Of a DNA stretch of 64,000 nucleotides, positions 24,608-38,619 are shown in pieces. The stretch spans positions 72,354,001 to 72,418,000 of the forward strand of contig JAGIQG010000006.1 of the NCBI GenBank assembly GCA_024679065.1. The letters run 5' to 3'. The number at the start of each line of letters is the position of its first letter. Position 1 is the first letter of the stretch. The DNA is from Sphyrna mokarran. Taxonomy: Eukaryota. The notes beneath the pieces are model-generated. The model worked only from the letters and a program-made list of their open reading frames with translations. It was not told the DNA's origin and ran no database searches. The position numbers were made by a program, and so were the translations under genes.

Positions 24608-25940
24608 ATTTGTATCTTTCATGATCTCAGGACAACACAAAATGTATCACAACTAATGAAATATTTTGAAAAGCATCACTGTCATAAAAGCATAACAAGT
24701 AGGAGCAGAAGTGGGCAATTTAGCCTCTTGAACCTGCTCCGCTGTTGAGTATGATCGTGGCTGATATCATCTCAGCCTATCTCCCCTTTCCTGCCCACTC
24801 CCCACAACCCTTTATCCTTCCTCTAATTAAAACCTATCTATCTTCTCCTTAAAGTTGTTTAATTTTCCAGCATCCACTGCACTATGGAGTAGAGAATTCT
24901 ACAGATACACAAGACTTTGAGTGAAGAAATTCCTCCTCATTTTTGTTTTAAATCTTCTACCCCGCAGGCACCTCATTCTAGATTGTCAAACAAGGGGAAA
25001 CATCCTCTCTGTATTTCCCCCGTCAATCTTCTTTAGTATCTTTTATTTGTCAATTCCTCTCATTCTCCTTTCATTCTTCTGGACTTTAATATAGGTCTAA
25101 ACTGCTCAACCTCTTCATGAGGCAAGTCCATTATCCCTGGAATCAATCTAGTGATCCTTCTCTGAACCTCATCTAATGATTTTACATCCTTCCTCAAGTA
25201 AAGGATGCCAGATGCGGTCAACAGTGCTCCATACAGTTGCAACAGTAGCTGCTTACTTTTATATTTCATTAGCAATGAATACCAAAATTCCAATTGTCTT
25301 CCTTGTTATCTGCTGCACCTACATATTAATCTTTTGTGATTTGAGCTTGAACCAAGATCCCACTGCATCAAAGTATTTTGAACTTTCTCTTCATTTAGAT
25401 AATGGATACACTCACACTTATCCACATTAAACTCCATTTACCAAATTTTGGTTCACTCATTTTAATTTATTTCTATTCATTTATAAATTTCTTATTCTTC
25501 ATTGTAACTTAATATCCCACCTATTTTAGTGTCATCTGCAGATCTTCTGTCTTTGCATCCTAGTCATTAAGATAGATTGTAAATAGTTGGGCTCTGTGGC
25601 ACACCACTAGTTACAACTTGCCAACCAGAAAAAGACCCATTTATCCTCATGTTCTACTTTCTGCCATAATAAAAGAAATGTAGGAGCCATTTTACAAACA
25701 ACAATGAGATAAATGAGTGCACTACTTATTTTCATTGTGCACATTGAGGGATAAATACTGGTAGAATTCCCCCATTCTTCTTCAAAACATTGCAATGGCA
25801 TCTTTTATATCCACTTAGTGTCCCAGAATGCAGTACACCTCTGTTCTATGCTAAAGTGGCTACCAAGTTCTCATGTTTTTACATAGGTCCTGACACAACA
25901 TTCTGACACAGAGGTGAGAGTACCAGAACTATACTGACTC
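24608..25940 (-). mobile_element. Deu-domain SINE split by a CR1 insertion (SINE parts ~24608-24688 and ~25665-25940)
   Basis: Tail ctcaggacaacacaaa...tcactgt on the left; tgagggataaatactgg...tcttcttcaaaa and ttctgacacagaggtgagag (head) on the right. Confidence 0.65.
24690..25664 (-). mobile_element. CR1/HER1 LINE 3' fragment
   Basis: Minus peptides LLLQLYGALL, YLRKDVKSLDEVQRRITRLIPGI; ADDTKIG-like motif at ~25520-25540. Confidence 0.88.
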
Positions 25941-27019
25941 TGCCATCTCATAGTTCCCTGGCTTTCTGATTCTCTTTTCCTTTTATACTCATCACTGGTA
26001 CATGATAGCTAGGTTGTTACTCCTTTTTGTTTATCTACTTCCATGAACTTCATTACATTTCTCTGAACAGATGGCCATTAACATCTTCACAATCTGTACT
26101 GGTGAAATTCAACTACTTTAAATCCAGTATATTATTTCCTTCCTGAAGCCTTTGGAACTCTAGCAGCTATCCCACTTGAATGTACATAGGCCTTAACATT
26201 TTCCTGGTGTATTTTGACACTAACATATTTGTTTCTTCTTTCTTACACAAAGCCATCTGTTCAGGCATTCCAAAACATTGATTATCCATTCCAAAATACT
26301 GAAGGCTAAGGCATTTGCACCCTAAATTATTGTTTCTCTCAAAGTTGTGGTATGCATAGTGATAACACAAGGCATGACTGTAGCAAAACTCCACTATATT
26401 CCACTCTTAACATTGCTAATTCTTTCCATCCAGCTTTCTTACATTCACCAATGTTATTACTCAATCCAGAGTGTTAATTTCAAAACCTCTTCTTATTTAA
26501 ACTGCTAAACAGATCATCAAATATACAGCTGAAGGATTTATATAGATTTATAAGTGTGGCGTTGACTTGGGTATAACGCATTGCATAGGTGGAACTTATA
26601 TAGGAAAACAGGTAGAGGAAGAAATGCATGTAAAGCATCTCACTTGATTTTCTATTGAAATTAATTGAGGAAAATCAGAAGGAGTGTACTACTGCTGTGT
26701 GATTATTCCCACCTCACTTGCCTGTATGTGCTTCATTCACGATTAATGATTAATGTCCAACTACTAAAATGGAAACATTGCCCCAGCACCACTGTCAATG
26801 CTGTCAAAGTTTTAACAGCATATAAAAAGGTACATTTTATGAATATTGACCCAAGACATAGCTCTGCTCCTGAAAGACTTCCCTATGATATCCTGATGCA
26901 GCCCATCACTATGTGAAAATTCATTATACATTTTACTATGTCAAAATCCATCATATTATGATTTCAGTAAGAAAAAGTTTCAATTGTAAGTTACAGTTTG
27001 AATTTGTGCACCGTGGCAA

Positions 27020-27170
27020 CATGACCACTCATGATAAGTGTTCAAAGAGTTGTTTGGATAATAAAATGTGTTTGTGTCAGTATCTGCATAAGCTATGGGG
27101 AGATGACATTGTAGATCGCAATCATGTAAAAATGTGGAGTCAAACCTACAATTACTGCAGAACTTATAGC
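27020..27170 (+). mobile_element. Possible mariner transposase N-terminal HTH relic
   Basis: YLHKLWGDDIVDRNHVKMWSQTYNYCRT resembles mariner ..YGxDxxxRxxVxxWxxxFxxGRT; short and weak. Confidence 0.35.
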
Positions 27171-28149
27171 AACGCCTTTAGCATTTTTGCCTTTGCAGCT
27201 AACAACTGTAAGCATTGCAGATGACATTCTCCCTGTTCCTAGTTCCTTCTGGGCATTTTGTATGGTTCTTCATGCCTTACTTCATGATGTATGACCACAA
27301 GTGTTTCCGCAGTAATCTTGAATAGACTACTTGAAACTTCCTAATTCACCTGCAACTGTCACCTTCAATCAGATGAGCTTACTGGTCAGACTACAAACCT
27401 TTGAATAGGCAGAATTCCCGAACAGTGCTTGAACATTTCTGGCACTTTCAAGTACACTCAACCGACACAATGTGCATTATTGATTAGATTCAAACTTGGA
27501 AATTCTGAAGAGAATGATTGTGCTATGAGCTGTCAGGATCTGCAACACAACATTTTATAAAGCATTATACATAAATACAGATTTTTACCTTTAAATTTGA
27601 ATTATGCTATACACAATGCCAGAATAATTTAAATCCCAGTCTGCTTGACATTCTTTTAATTGATTATATAATTTATGGCTTGATGTAATCTACATATATT
27701 TCAGTGTAGGTTTTAGTATGTCAATGAAAACAGAACAAATAATACTTTAAATAATCCCATGCAGCAATTTGTTTGGTTAAATAATTCAACTCTAATCTTG
27801 CGCATTGACAGAAAATCTCAATTGTTTCTATTTCCTTTCTACACCAATATCAGTTCTGATTCCATTATAGATTTTTATAGCTTCAATTATGATTATGGCT
27901 TTAGAACCAGAAAAATTAACATTATTATGCTACTACCAATTCTATTTCTGTTATTGACAGTTATCAACTATACTTATAAACAATTATCATCACTAAATAG
28001 TAACTTGCCTGCTACCAGTCTGCTATCAAGACTGTTTTGGGGTTCTTGATTATGCTGTTTAAAATGTGAAACTTTGTGGCACAGTTCTTTCAGCTAATAA
28101 GTGTGAGTTTGAATTTCCTTTGTAAAAGTTAATTGTCCCTCTCAGGATT

Positions 28150-28810
28150 ATAACAATGGTCAAACACAAAAACAAAGTCAATTTCTTTGAAGAGGAAGAG
28201 AAAGAATACCCAATTTTGGCTGATAACTATTGCAAGTGGATAAATGAGTCAATACCCAATACTACAAGTGCCAGTATTGAGGTTTTGAGAAGTTGACTTG
28301 CAATTTATGGTCAGCCAGAGGTGTTAATGTTAGATAATGGTTCACATTTCATTTCCAATAGCCTGAAATATTTCTGAGTGAGAATGGAGTCAACCACACT
28401 CAAATATTGTCAGAACAGCCAGCATTGAATGGTGCTGTAGCAAAAAGTGTATAGATTGTGAAGAGGTCTCCGTAGAAGCATTTGCATATTACAAGCCAAA
28501 CAATAATTTTCATGTGAATTTTCAACCCAAGATAGATAATTTTATGTTCTCTTACAGAGTAACCGCACAGTTCACAAAAAGGTTGCTCACCTTATTGAAT
28601 TAATGCTTAAAATCAGTCCTAGGACAGATTTTAGTTTACTTAAGCCTGACCTCAAAAGCAAAATAAGAGAAAAACAAGACAAAGCAAAGATGAAGTCATG
28701 AGACATGAATTTAAGAAAGTTCAATGTAGCTCAGAAGGTCATAGTCAAAAATCACTGAAGTGTGAAGGGGAAATACGTGATTGGACTTGTTCTAAAGAAG
28801 GTATATTGGA
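28150..28810 (+). mobile_element. Gypsy integrase remnant
   Basis: ILADNYCKWI, IEVLRS*LAIYGQPEVLMLDNGSHFIS, FLSENGVNH, QPALNGAVAKSV (cf. VDxYSKW, SDNGPQF, HPxSNGxAER). Confidence 0.82.
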
Positions 28811-28844
28811 TTTTGGAGAGATACTCTATTAGTGTGTCACCGAA

Positions 28845-29680
28845 GTATAGGAATTAAGAGCAGGAATAAACCATTCAACCTATCAAGTCTGCTCTACCAT
28901 CCAATGACACCATGGCTGATTGCCTACCTTTACAATTTTTTCCCACAGTATCTCCAAATCCCATAACGTCTTTAATGTAGAAACCTATTGATGTTTGTTT
29001 TGAATCTTCTCAGTGACCGAGCCTCTATGGCTTCATGGGATAGAGAATTCCAAATATTCACCACTCTCTGAGTGAAAAGAAATCATCTTCATATCAGTGT
29101 TAAATGGCTAACACTATATTCTCAGCCTGTGCCCCCAGTTACAAAGCACTCAACCAGGGGAAACATCTTTTTTGCATTAACTCTGTCGTACTGTGTAGAA
29201 GTTTTGTATGCTTCATTAAGGTAATCTCTGAACTCTAGAGAATACAGGCTCAGTGTCCTCAATCTCTCCTCACAGGACAATCCTGTCATCCAAGCAATTA
29301 GCCTGGTCAACCTTTGTGGCACATTCTCTTTGGCAAGTATATCCTTCCTTAGATAAGGAGACCATCGAAGGAGACCAAGATTGTGCACAATGCCAGAGGT
29401 ACAGTCTTACCAATTGCAGTAAAATATCTTTATTCCTGTATTCAAATCCTCTTGTAAGAAAGGCCAACATTGCATTTACCTTTTAATTGCTTGCTGAACC
29501 TGCAAGTTTGCTTTCAATGGCTCATGAACAAAAACATCCAACTCCCTTTGAACATTACCACTTCCTAATCTCTCTCCATTTAAGAAATACACAATGATTC
29601 AATTTTTTCTACAAACTGGATAACTTCACATTATATTTCATTTGCCATATTCTTGCTCAATTAATCCGTTTGAAATCTTT
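28845..29680 (-). mobile_element. CR1/HER1 LINE 3' fragment
   Basis: MLAFLTRGFEYRNKDILLQL, WSPYLRKDILAKENVPQRLTRLI, LSCEERLRTLSLYSLEFR. Confidence 0.9.
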
Positions 29681-30091
29681 GTGAATTATTTACTAGAAAG
29701 GAAATCTCACGAAGCACAAGAAACCTCCTATGCTGCAAATTCCTCCTATACCCAAAGTGAAAGCCACAAAGTAATTGAAGGTTTGCCTATTTAACATAAT
29801 CTATGGTATAGCAAAATAAGTTAGATCATTGATGAAGTAAGATTAGTTGATATCACAATCCCAACCATTAAGTGAAGTTGACAGTCAATGGTCAAAGTTC
29901 AGATTTGACACAGTCAGAGATGTTGAGAGAGCAGAGTCAACCTAATGGAAATGAAAGGAGATACTCAGACAGAAAGTGAAAGGAGTCAGATAGGTAATTG
30001 GAAGAATGTAGAGAAGAAGAAAAACATGTTGTCCTTTTCATTGGGATAGACTTTACAAAGTAGTGGTGTGAAATGGGGGGTAGAGGGCAGT

Positions 30092-30757
30092 AGGGGGAAG
30101 AATTTTACACCACTCTCAAATGAAAATTCTGCAGTCAACCCACACACCCAAAAGATGATTTCCCACAGTGATATGACACTGCAGGCATCCTAAACTGAGT
30201 CAGAATGAGACTCCCATTCCTATCTGGGTAGAATTCCCACCTGAGAGGTTGATGGACAGCTCTGTAGCCCTAGCAGTGCCAGGATTGAGTAACGGCTACT
30301 TCTGGGAATATAGACAGCTCAGGGAGAAGAAGTGTTATGGATCCCAGACATCAGGTAAATTGAGAGATTTTGTATGGAGCTGTCTGGTACTCCTTAGTGA
30401 GGACTACAGGACTTGAAGGGCTGTGCGCTGGAAGCAAGAGAGGAGAAGTAAAAGGATGACCACGTTCTTGAAGCATGCTTCCAATAGTCATGCAGGACCC
30501 CCAAAGGAGACATCCTTTCCATCTTCCTAACAGCAGCCTGTGCAGTGAAAGCTGCCAGAGGGCTAACCTTGCTCTGCCTTTCTCTATTGCACATATAAGC
30601 AGCGGAGGTGGGATGAGGCAATAAAGTGATCATTGAACAGGCTATCTGAAGCTTTACATGCCCACTGTAACAAGCTGAGAATGTGAAATGCAGGCCATTC
30701 ATTTTATGAGCCATCTCTTCAAATATATTGGAAACAGGCATATAATTTAGCCATTAT
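30092..30757. mobile_element. Decayed non-autonomous DNA transposon (Harbinger-like)
   Basis: Ends gggggaagaatttt ... ataatttagcc; internal motifs shared with the 13668, 21405 and 61885 inserts. Confidence 0.4.
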
Positions 30758-32211
30758 ACCTTGTCAAGTTATGTTATTTTTGTTAAATACATCTTAGTGT
30801 TAAGAAAGAACTTTTTAATGTAAATTACTCTTGGCAGTGTCAGTCATATATATTTTGATTTTGAATATACTTAGAACAGGTATGCAACCCAACCTGTTAA
30901 ACTTCAGATGTTGTTGATATTGATTTAGTCAGATTGTATCTGGGAGATTATGCACATGTACCATTTTACATTTTCACGTGTAAGTTTTTTAAGTTGGAGG
31001 GAATCAAGAATATTGCAAGATCTGAGCTTTGTGTTATGTTGCCCTCTCTGCTGCCTGCTATGTTGGGAAGGTTTAAATAAAGTTTGTTCACATGATGTCT
31101 GCCTGCTGTGATCCACAATGGGGACAAAGTTTGAGGCGGGGCCTGGATCATGATGTGTTTCCCCACTGCAGAGGCTGGCAGGAGAGTACACCAAATAATC
31201 TGGCCCAATCTCATAAATTATGTACCGGGTGTTTTACACCACATTTGGTGGCAGGGCAGATGTGGATGATGCACAATCAGCTGGAGTGTCCGAGTGCCAT
31301 ATTTAAAAGGCACCCAACATTGCTGACCCACTATTGAAGAAAGAAGTTAGATTTTCTGAAAATGAAGTTAGATCTCCAGGAGTACTCTGAGACTGGAATA
31401 TGGACCTCCTGAGTGTAAAGATGGATTCTGGAAACACCCTGAGGCTGGATGATTGACCCTCTCCAGGACGCCTAATCTGGACAATCCACTAATAGCTACT
31501 CCCCATGTTATGCTTTTCCAGGATCCTAGGTTTAAGGTAGCCTCCATCTTAAACTCCAAAGGCAGCCTCAGGCATTGTTTAGGTGTGTGCCAACATTTGC
31601 ACACCATGTTGTTCCAAATGTGTTTTGTGCCAGGCATATTTACCCATTGTAGTCATGGAGAATCTGGCTTGATGGGTAGTTCAGGTCTTCATCTGCATTC
31701 CATTAACAGGATGTAATGAGGTTCACACCGGCCTCTGGTGGTTTTCACACCCATCATGGCGGGCACAGTGGAAGATCCTGATGTAAATTCATGCCAGCAT
31801 GACACCGATTTCTTGGTCTCCCATCATATTCTTCCCTTATACCCACAATCAAACCACCAGCAAGAACTGATACAAATCTGCCCACTGAACCTATTTCAAT
31901 ACAATACACAGCAACTTTCAGTACGGACAGCTATGAACTTTATTTACATTGCACAATGCCATTTAAATAGTAATTTTCAACTATAATTACAAAGCAATCT
32001 AAACCTTGCTATTATTCCAGATTGTAATAAAATTTGCATTTGTCATGGATTTCTATTAACTTGTGCTCATTTCAGATTGCAATCAAGTTAACTTCCATTT
32101 TGAACCCAGCAGTAATCAATTTAGTGTTCCTTGGAAGTGTACTATATTGCTGCACTTGCAAAACAACCTGAAGATAAACAAATAAATTCCAGTATTCAAA
32201 GAGGCCTTTTA

Positions 32212-32419
32212 TGTTCAGTAACAGATTTACATGTACAGACTGGGTGGTCATATGGATATTGGGATGATGTGGGTACAAAGAGGTCGCTTATCAGAAGCAC
32301 AAGAGTTCTCCTGGAGTGAGGACAGAGACAGAGCATGTAAGAATTGCTCAGTTACTGTTAATAAACATTCACTGTTGTTAGTCCCTGGTCCTCGGTTACT
32401 GGAACCCAAAACTTTTACA
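32212..32419 (+). mobile_element. 5' LTR of Gypsy element
   Basis: TGTT...ttttaCA, internal aataaa at ~32360, immediately followed by a PBS; left edge uncertain. Confidence 0.55.
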
Positions 32420-32435
32420 TGGTGTCAGGAGTTGG
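32420..32435 (+). promoter_or_regulatory. Primer-binding site (tRNA-Leu-like)
   Basis: TGGTGTCAGGAGTTGG directly after CA, upstream of gag. Confidence 0.7.
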
Positions 32436-34280
32436 CAGAATGCCACAGGGCCTTGAACAACTTGTATTTGATAAAAGTCTCGCAGATAACTGGAAGAAAT
32501 TTGGAAAAGAGTGTTGTATCGACTGCAGTGCCAGTCTATCGGACAAATTAAAGAAGGCACAGGTGTACATTCATTTAATGGGTCTTGAATTGGTTGAGAA
32601 ATTTGAATCCTTTGTTTTTCAAATAGACTAAGAGAAGGAGGATCCTGAAAACTTTCAAGCACACATGTACGCCAGTAAAAAAAATATCCTATTGGATAGG
32701 CATGCATTCAGTACAACAAATAAAAAGTTTGATGATTCTATTCAGTCATATGCTGCAACTTTTAAAGTTTTAATGAAGAAATGCATGTTTTGCACACTCA
32801 CCGATGAGCTGGTGAGAAATCACATTGTAATGTGGAGTGAATAGTGATATCGGCTTCAAGCAGCTTTTTTGAGAAAGAGATCTAATGTCAGAATCTGCCA
32901 TCAGTATCGGTATACTGAATGAGCAGTCAGAAAGAAACAGCAAAGTGTTAAGGTGGGAAACAGAGATTTTTTTGTGGTGCAGGACAAACCTTGCTCCAAC
33001 TGTGGCCACCATCACTCACAGGACAGAACTACATGCTTGGCATTTGATAAACATTGTAACCATTGTGTTAAATGGAACGGTTTTGCGAAATGTTGTAGAA
33101 CCAATACACAATGGCCTTCCATGCACCAGTCACACTGGAGCCAGTTTAACTCCAGGTCCCAGAACATGAACAGAACAAATTAATTGGAATGCAATCAGAG
33201 TAACCAAGGCATGGAGCCTCTAAAAAACACTTCACTGTGAGAGTCTTGATATCATTATGCAGAATGTGAGATTTTCACCATATAAAACAATGCCTGCACC
33301 AATGCAAAACTAAATATCAACACAGGAGCAAAGTGCAAGACCTTGTCCAGGCATTTGTTATGGGAAATCGACCCATATGCTGCACCAAATCCTGACCCTC
33401 AGGTGGATCTCGTGACATATGGTGGGCAAAATATTCACACAGAAAGTGTGCTCACTCTCTGCTACACACAGGGCAGTTTAGAGTTTCGTGTATTGACTAA
33501 AACATAAAGCTGCTTTTGGGTTTTTGGGACAGCGTCACACAGGGGTTAATCCACCTTACTGTACACACTCTTCAGAACCCAGCTCCAGAAATGATGGAAT
33601 ATAAAGAACTATTCAACTTTAATATCATTGGCAAGCTACTTGTAATATATCAGATGAGGCTAAATGACTTAGTACCACCCATGGTCTGTGCTCCCAAAAG
33701 GGTCCCTAATGATGAAGCAGAAAGTAATTAATGAGTGGACTGCATGAGGACACTGAGTGTCATAACCCCATTGGTGGGAGTGAATATTGGCAATGATGGC
33801 TGCAGTATAAAAATCTGTTTTGATCGAGTCCATCTGAATAAGTCACTTCTCAGCCCTCATCATCCTATGCAGACAATGGAACAGTTTACAGCTGACATGC
33901 CCAATACCAAGGTTTTCAGCATCTTGGATGTGAAGTGCAGGTTCTGGCAAATCCCACTGGATGATTATCTTTGAAACTCATCTCAATCATATCTCTGGTA
34001 GGCAGATACCATTTCCTCCGTTTGCCCTATGCGATCTCCACTGGCAGTGAGTTCTTCTAATGCTGTGTGAAGCTATTCTTTGAAGAACAACACTGAAAAA
34101 TCATTGTCAATGACATCCTGATCTGGATAATATAATGCAAGAACATACTGTACATCTTTGTCTGGTCCTTGATGGAATCAGGACCATAATCCTGCTTATT
34201 ACAGCTTCAGTGTCATACAGGTTCCCTACATGGGTCACTTGCTCATAGCTAATGGTATGAAGCAGATCCAGCCAAAACAG
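32436..34280 (+). mobile_element. Gypsy gag-protease-RT remnant, 3'-truncated
   Basis: LADNWKKF; zinc knuckles CSNCGHHH...CLAFDKHCNHCVKWNGFAKCCR; protease NTGAKC; RT LNKSL...FSILDVKCRFWQIPLDD, GRYHFLRLPY, IVNDILIW. Confidence 0.92.
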
Positions 34281-36425
34281 AGTTGGAGAAATATAAATTT
34301 TATGGAGAAATATAAATACTATTAAAGAGCAGATACAATTTCATTGTCATGATCTGAAGTTTATTTTAAAATTCCCTTGTCTTTAGTGTTGAGAAAAATA
34401 GGATTGAGCTGTCAGTAAGAATTAAACAATTGCCAACTAGTGGTCAACTTTGGTTGACAAACCACTTGGTATATGTTAGAAAAAATGACCATCAGCTCCA
34501 TAGCTTCAATAGAATCATTTGTTGACATTTCCCATGGGCTGTTGTTATGTCATTATGAATGTGAGGCTGATTTTCAAAGGCCACAGTCATCTCAGCAGGA
34601 GTTTCTGAGTTCTCAGTTTGATTGATAGCTTAAAGATTGGCTATCTTTGATGCAGTTTGATGCAGTTATTGAATAGAACTGTTAGTTTTTATTAAATAGA
34701 TCAATTATTTGAGCATATTTAAAAGCTTTGAATGGGTTACATTAATGGGAGGTTTTTCACTATTACCTGTTGCTCCTTAGGTCTTCTCATAATGGATACT
34801 GATTGAATGGTTATAGAGGTGGCATGGAGGGGTTTGAGGAGGCGTAAAGGTAGGTGAGAGCATGAGCTGGCATGTTATGAGGGGGCATGAGGTGGGTGAA
34901 CAAGTATAAAGAGTGAATTCTGGAGCCTCTTATAACTTCTAAAACAGAAAGAACCAAGATGAGCCTTCTAATCAGCTCACTTACCTGTCTCCAGGACCTC
35001 TTATGATTTACTTCCAGGGTTGGCATGCCTGATTCTGTGCTGTTCTCACCTCCTCAGAGTGAAAAAGTGAAAGCTTACAGAGCCTTTAAACTGAAGTGGA
35101 TCTGATGAGCTGAAAAATTCCTCAACTCAAGCTACCCACCTCACTAGAAAAAATCTTGCCCCAAGACTTCAAATCATGACATGGGATCTTTTAATTACAC
35201 ACGCACAAGTAGATTGTGCCTCTGGTTAACAATTCATCAGAAAACAACATTTCTAACAACAGTGCTCTACTCAAATGCCAGCCAAGATAAGGTGCTCAAG
35301 TCCTTGAGTGGGGCTTGTACCTTGATCAAAGGAATGAATACTGTTACTCACAATTTGCATCAGAATAGTAGTAAGATGTAAACCTACTCATAAAATATGT
35401 CCATCTATGATTGCTGAGATGTACTGTGTTAGAAAGTGGATCGCTAAAGGCCAATAAGATAAAGTATTGCCACATCTTGATAGCTTTTTCTAAAAAACAT
35501 CTGAAAATGTTTTCAATGAAAACAGGATTTCAGCCATACTTCTGGCAGAGTTAAGGCAATTGAGCAGGGCCAGTTTTGATCCTACTTGCCTGCTGTGGGA
35601 TTTTGTCAATATTTTTGTTAAAATCTTATTTGCTGTGCCCCAAATCTACTTAAAATATTAGGAGCCTTTATAAAGATGACAAATATTTCCTCGCATGTAG
35701 CCACTCTTTGTTTACATGGCCACGTTCATTTCATTTCAGTCTTCATTCATTAAAATAGTGTTCACACACACTTTCTCACTTCATTGACCAATATCTAATG
35801 CCAGCTTAATAAGACTGTGAGATCACTTGTGTTAGATCAGATATGTTAGTTAATAATTACTACTAACACTAATCTGACATTTGATTGGGACATCAACGGT
35901 ACTTGAAAATGAAACAAAAAAAGAGCAGAATAGTCTCTATGGATGGTATTTAACGTGGTCCTTGAGAATGAGTTTGGAGGTGGAGATGGCTGAGAGAATA
36001 ATGGATAAGAGGGACTCACTGGAGCAGAACCCTGGTGGTGTGACATCGGGTCCACATTCTGCCTAGCTGAAAACCTGGAACATGACATTGGCACTGTTGC
36101 TATGACACAGTGTGATTGACAAGGTAAAGATTCATTTACAGGCTGGTATTTATGATTCAGTGTTTTGCATTAAACAAGCAGCACATAGGGATCATGGGCT
36201 GTCAGATTCCAGACTGCTCAAATGAGCAGCACTGAGGCCAAGTTTAGTTTCACCCCTCAAAGTCAGTCATCTTATAATTGCTGTAATTTGTCATTCACGT
36301 TGGTGGAAGAGAGGGAAAGGATTGTCATTGCTGGAATGTGGTGTGAGGCCTCTGGCATGTGTGGTGGAGGGAAGTAGTCTACTGATGGGCTCACAGTGCA
36401 AATGGGGCAGTAGTATTGTAACAGT

Positions 36426-36684
36426 AGTGGAATCCTGCAATATACTGCAGCAAGGATATCCCACATCATCATAGCCTGCTATGCTCTGCAAAACCTTTCA
36501 CTATGGAGGAGAGAGGATTGCTTTAGAAAAGTCTGGATGAATGTCACTGTTTGTCTGAAGAGAGTGTGGAAGAAGTGACAGGGCAGGCAGTGCAGGATCA
36601 GGAGCTCCTTGCACAGAATGCACGGACCATTGAGAGGTGCACAAGCCTTGGGATGACTTAATTCACACCAGCTTCCAACAACCA
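36426..36684 (+). pseudogene. Harbinger (HARBI1-like) transposase C-terminal remnant
   Basis: SGILQYTAARISHIIIACYALQNLSL ... AWDDLIHTSF (cf. GGALQYSPxxVSxIIxACCxLHNLA ... RxxLIxxxF). Confidence 0.82.
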
Positions 36685-36944
36685 ATATCTATCTAATAAA
36701 TACCCATCCACTCTTTGACTACATGTCATCCCCTTCATATTCCACAGCATTGTTTAGTGACCAGCTGTTCCATGCACATTGAAACTGCTGAGGAACTGAC
36801 CATACTCAGCCTTTGCACTAAAATTCAAGGGTGAAGATTACATCTGACAAGGCAGCAAAAACATATCCATAACAGTAATTGCGACACACATTTATTTTGT
36901 CTTATTAGAGACAGTTAACAAAATCCAAGTAGCAAAATCCTATC

Positions 36945-37135
36945 CATTGACTCTGTCTACACTTCCCATTGCCTCGGCAAAGCAGCCAGCATAAGTAAGG
37001 ACCTCACACACCCAGGGCTTTCTGTCTTCCATCTTCTTCTGTCAAGAAAAAGATACAAAAGTCTGAGATCACGCACTAACCGACTCAAGAACAGCTTCTT
37101 CCCTGCTGCTATCAGACTTTTGAATGGTCTATCCT
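36945..37135 (+). mobile_element. Rex1/Babar LINE 3' end inserted in the Harbinger
   Basis: SVYTSHCLGKAASISKDLTHPG...RYKSLRSRTNRLKNSFFPAAIRLLNG. Confidence 0.85.
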
Positions 37136-38619
37136 GCATGAAGTTTTTCTCTACTCACTGCATGCTGAGGGTCTCCCACACAGGTCCAGAACGCCACTTT
37201 GTTGCTCAACGACTAGAGGTGCGAGGGTCACTGACAGAGCCTGAGTGCCATTGTTCACACCAAAAAGGAACCTTCAGGTGCATATGGATAGCAAAGCACT
37301 CTTGCTCTACCACTGCTCCCTTGGACATACAGGTGGTATATAGTTCTGTGCAGCCCTCCAAAATTCACTGACTGTTCTACTGGATCTGGCTCTTCATGAG
37401 GGTCACCAACCTCTTGATGGGGAAACCATGCCTGAGACAGCAGCACTCCTGGCCTGGATGGACTCTTTTACTCTTCACTATGCATAACTTTTGGCAAATC
37501 AGACAGATGTTCCCTTACCTCTTGTTGCAACTCCCAACAAGTTCCATGTGACTGACATCAGAGGGCTGGCATCAGGCTGGGGCTTGGCATGGTGGGTCTA
37601 GCCTCCAACAGTCCTCCAAAAGGTGATGTCCTCAGCTGTCACAACCTGGGTCAGCTGCTCTAGGATGTCAGTGATGTGCTCACAAATTTGTGACCCTGAC
37701 CAGGATTTTCAAAGTACGATGGGGTCAGTATCTGGTGTGGGCAGCCTTTTAAAATTGTAGCCCCAGTGCCTCCAAGACAATTCCAAATTTCAAACTGGCC
37801 AGTGATAGGATTAGAGTGGGGAGAACTCTTGCCTCCAGTTAACAGCCCTAATAAACCCCTCAAGGAGCTTGTTAAGTGGCCTGTCAAAACAGAATAACAT
37901 TTTCGCATTTTTCTGTGGCAAACCTGAGTATTCTTATGCGTATCAGTGCACAGCTGTCAGCTTATTCCAGAGCCCAGTTACATTTCCTTGGAGATGGTTT
38001 CTTTGGAGAGGAATTTGTGGGGCTAACTAACATTGGCACAAGGCCTAACCTTGTCATACAAGGCTGGTTCTTGTCATGTTCAACTTTCTGACCTTCTGAG
38101 GGCTGCCTGCTTAAATCAACAAGCCAGTGACAGTTCCCAACATGGCTGCTACATTTCTTTGCTGTTGGTGCCAGGCTGAAAACACTTGCTTTCTGAAAGC
38201 ATTCAGTGATTCTAATTGAATGCTGAACTCACTTCCTCGCCAATTAGGGCCTTTTAAGTTGTTGTTTCACAAGTGCAACACTGCTTCAGAACAAGATCGG
38301 GACCCGGATTTCATCCAACTATCAAGTTCCTGACCTGAATGCCGTCCCCTGAGTCTAACTGCATTTGCATATTTTAACAGAGTATGTGTGCTGGTGGAGG
38401 GTGTCACTGTACCCTTTGAGAATTCCTCCTTCTCTCAGGGGTGCACTGTAGGTCCCTGGTCTTTGTGACGGATTGACCTTCAGGAATATTGGAATCTGAT
38501 CGACAGAACGCAAACAGTTAGAGTTCAGGACCTCACATTTATCCCCCATCCATACTAGCTGTGAATTTCCATTTGCCTAGTGGTGGGTACACGAACACAA
38601 TGTTTCCTCAATCTCTTGG

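Noticed and set aside
26040-26420. Possible RTE RT relic on the minus strand (GFRK...EKCNE)
   Set aside because: Too degenerate to support by eye.
34284-34317. Micro-duplications (also ~2593-2620, ~34648-34667, ~40829-40870)
   Set aside because: Ordinary slippage-type duplications with no further structure.
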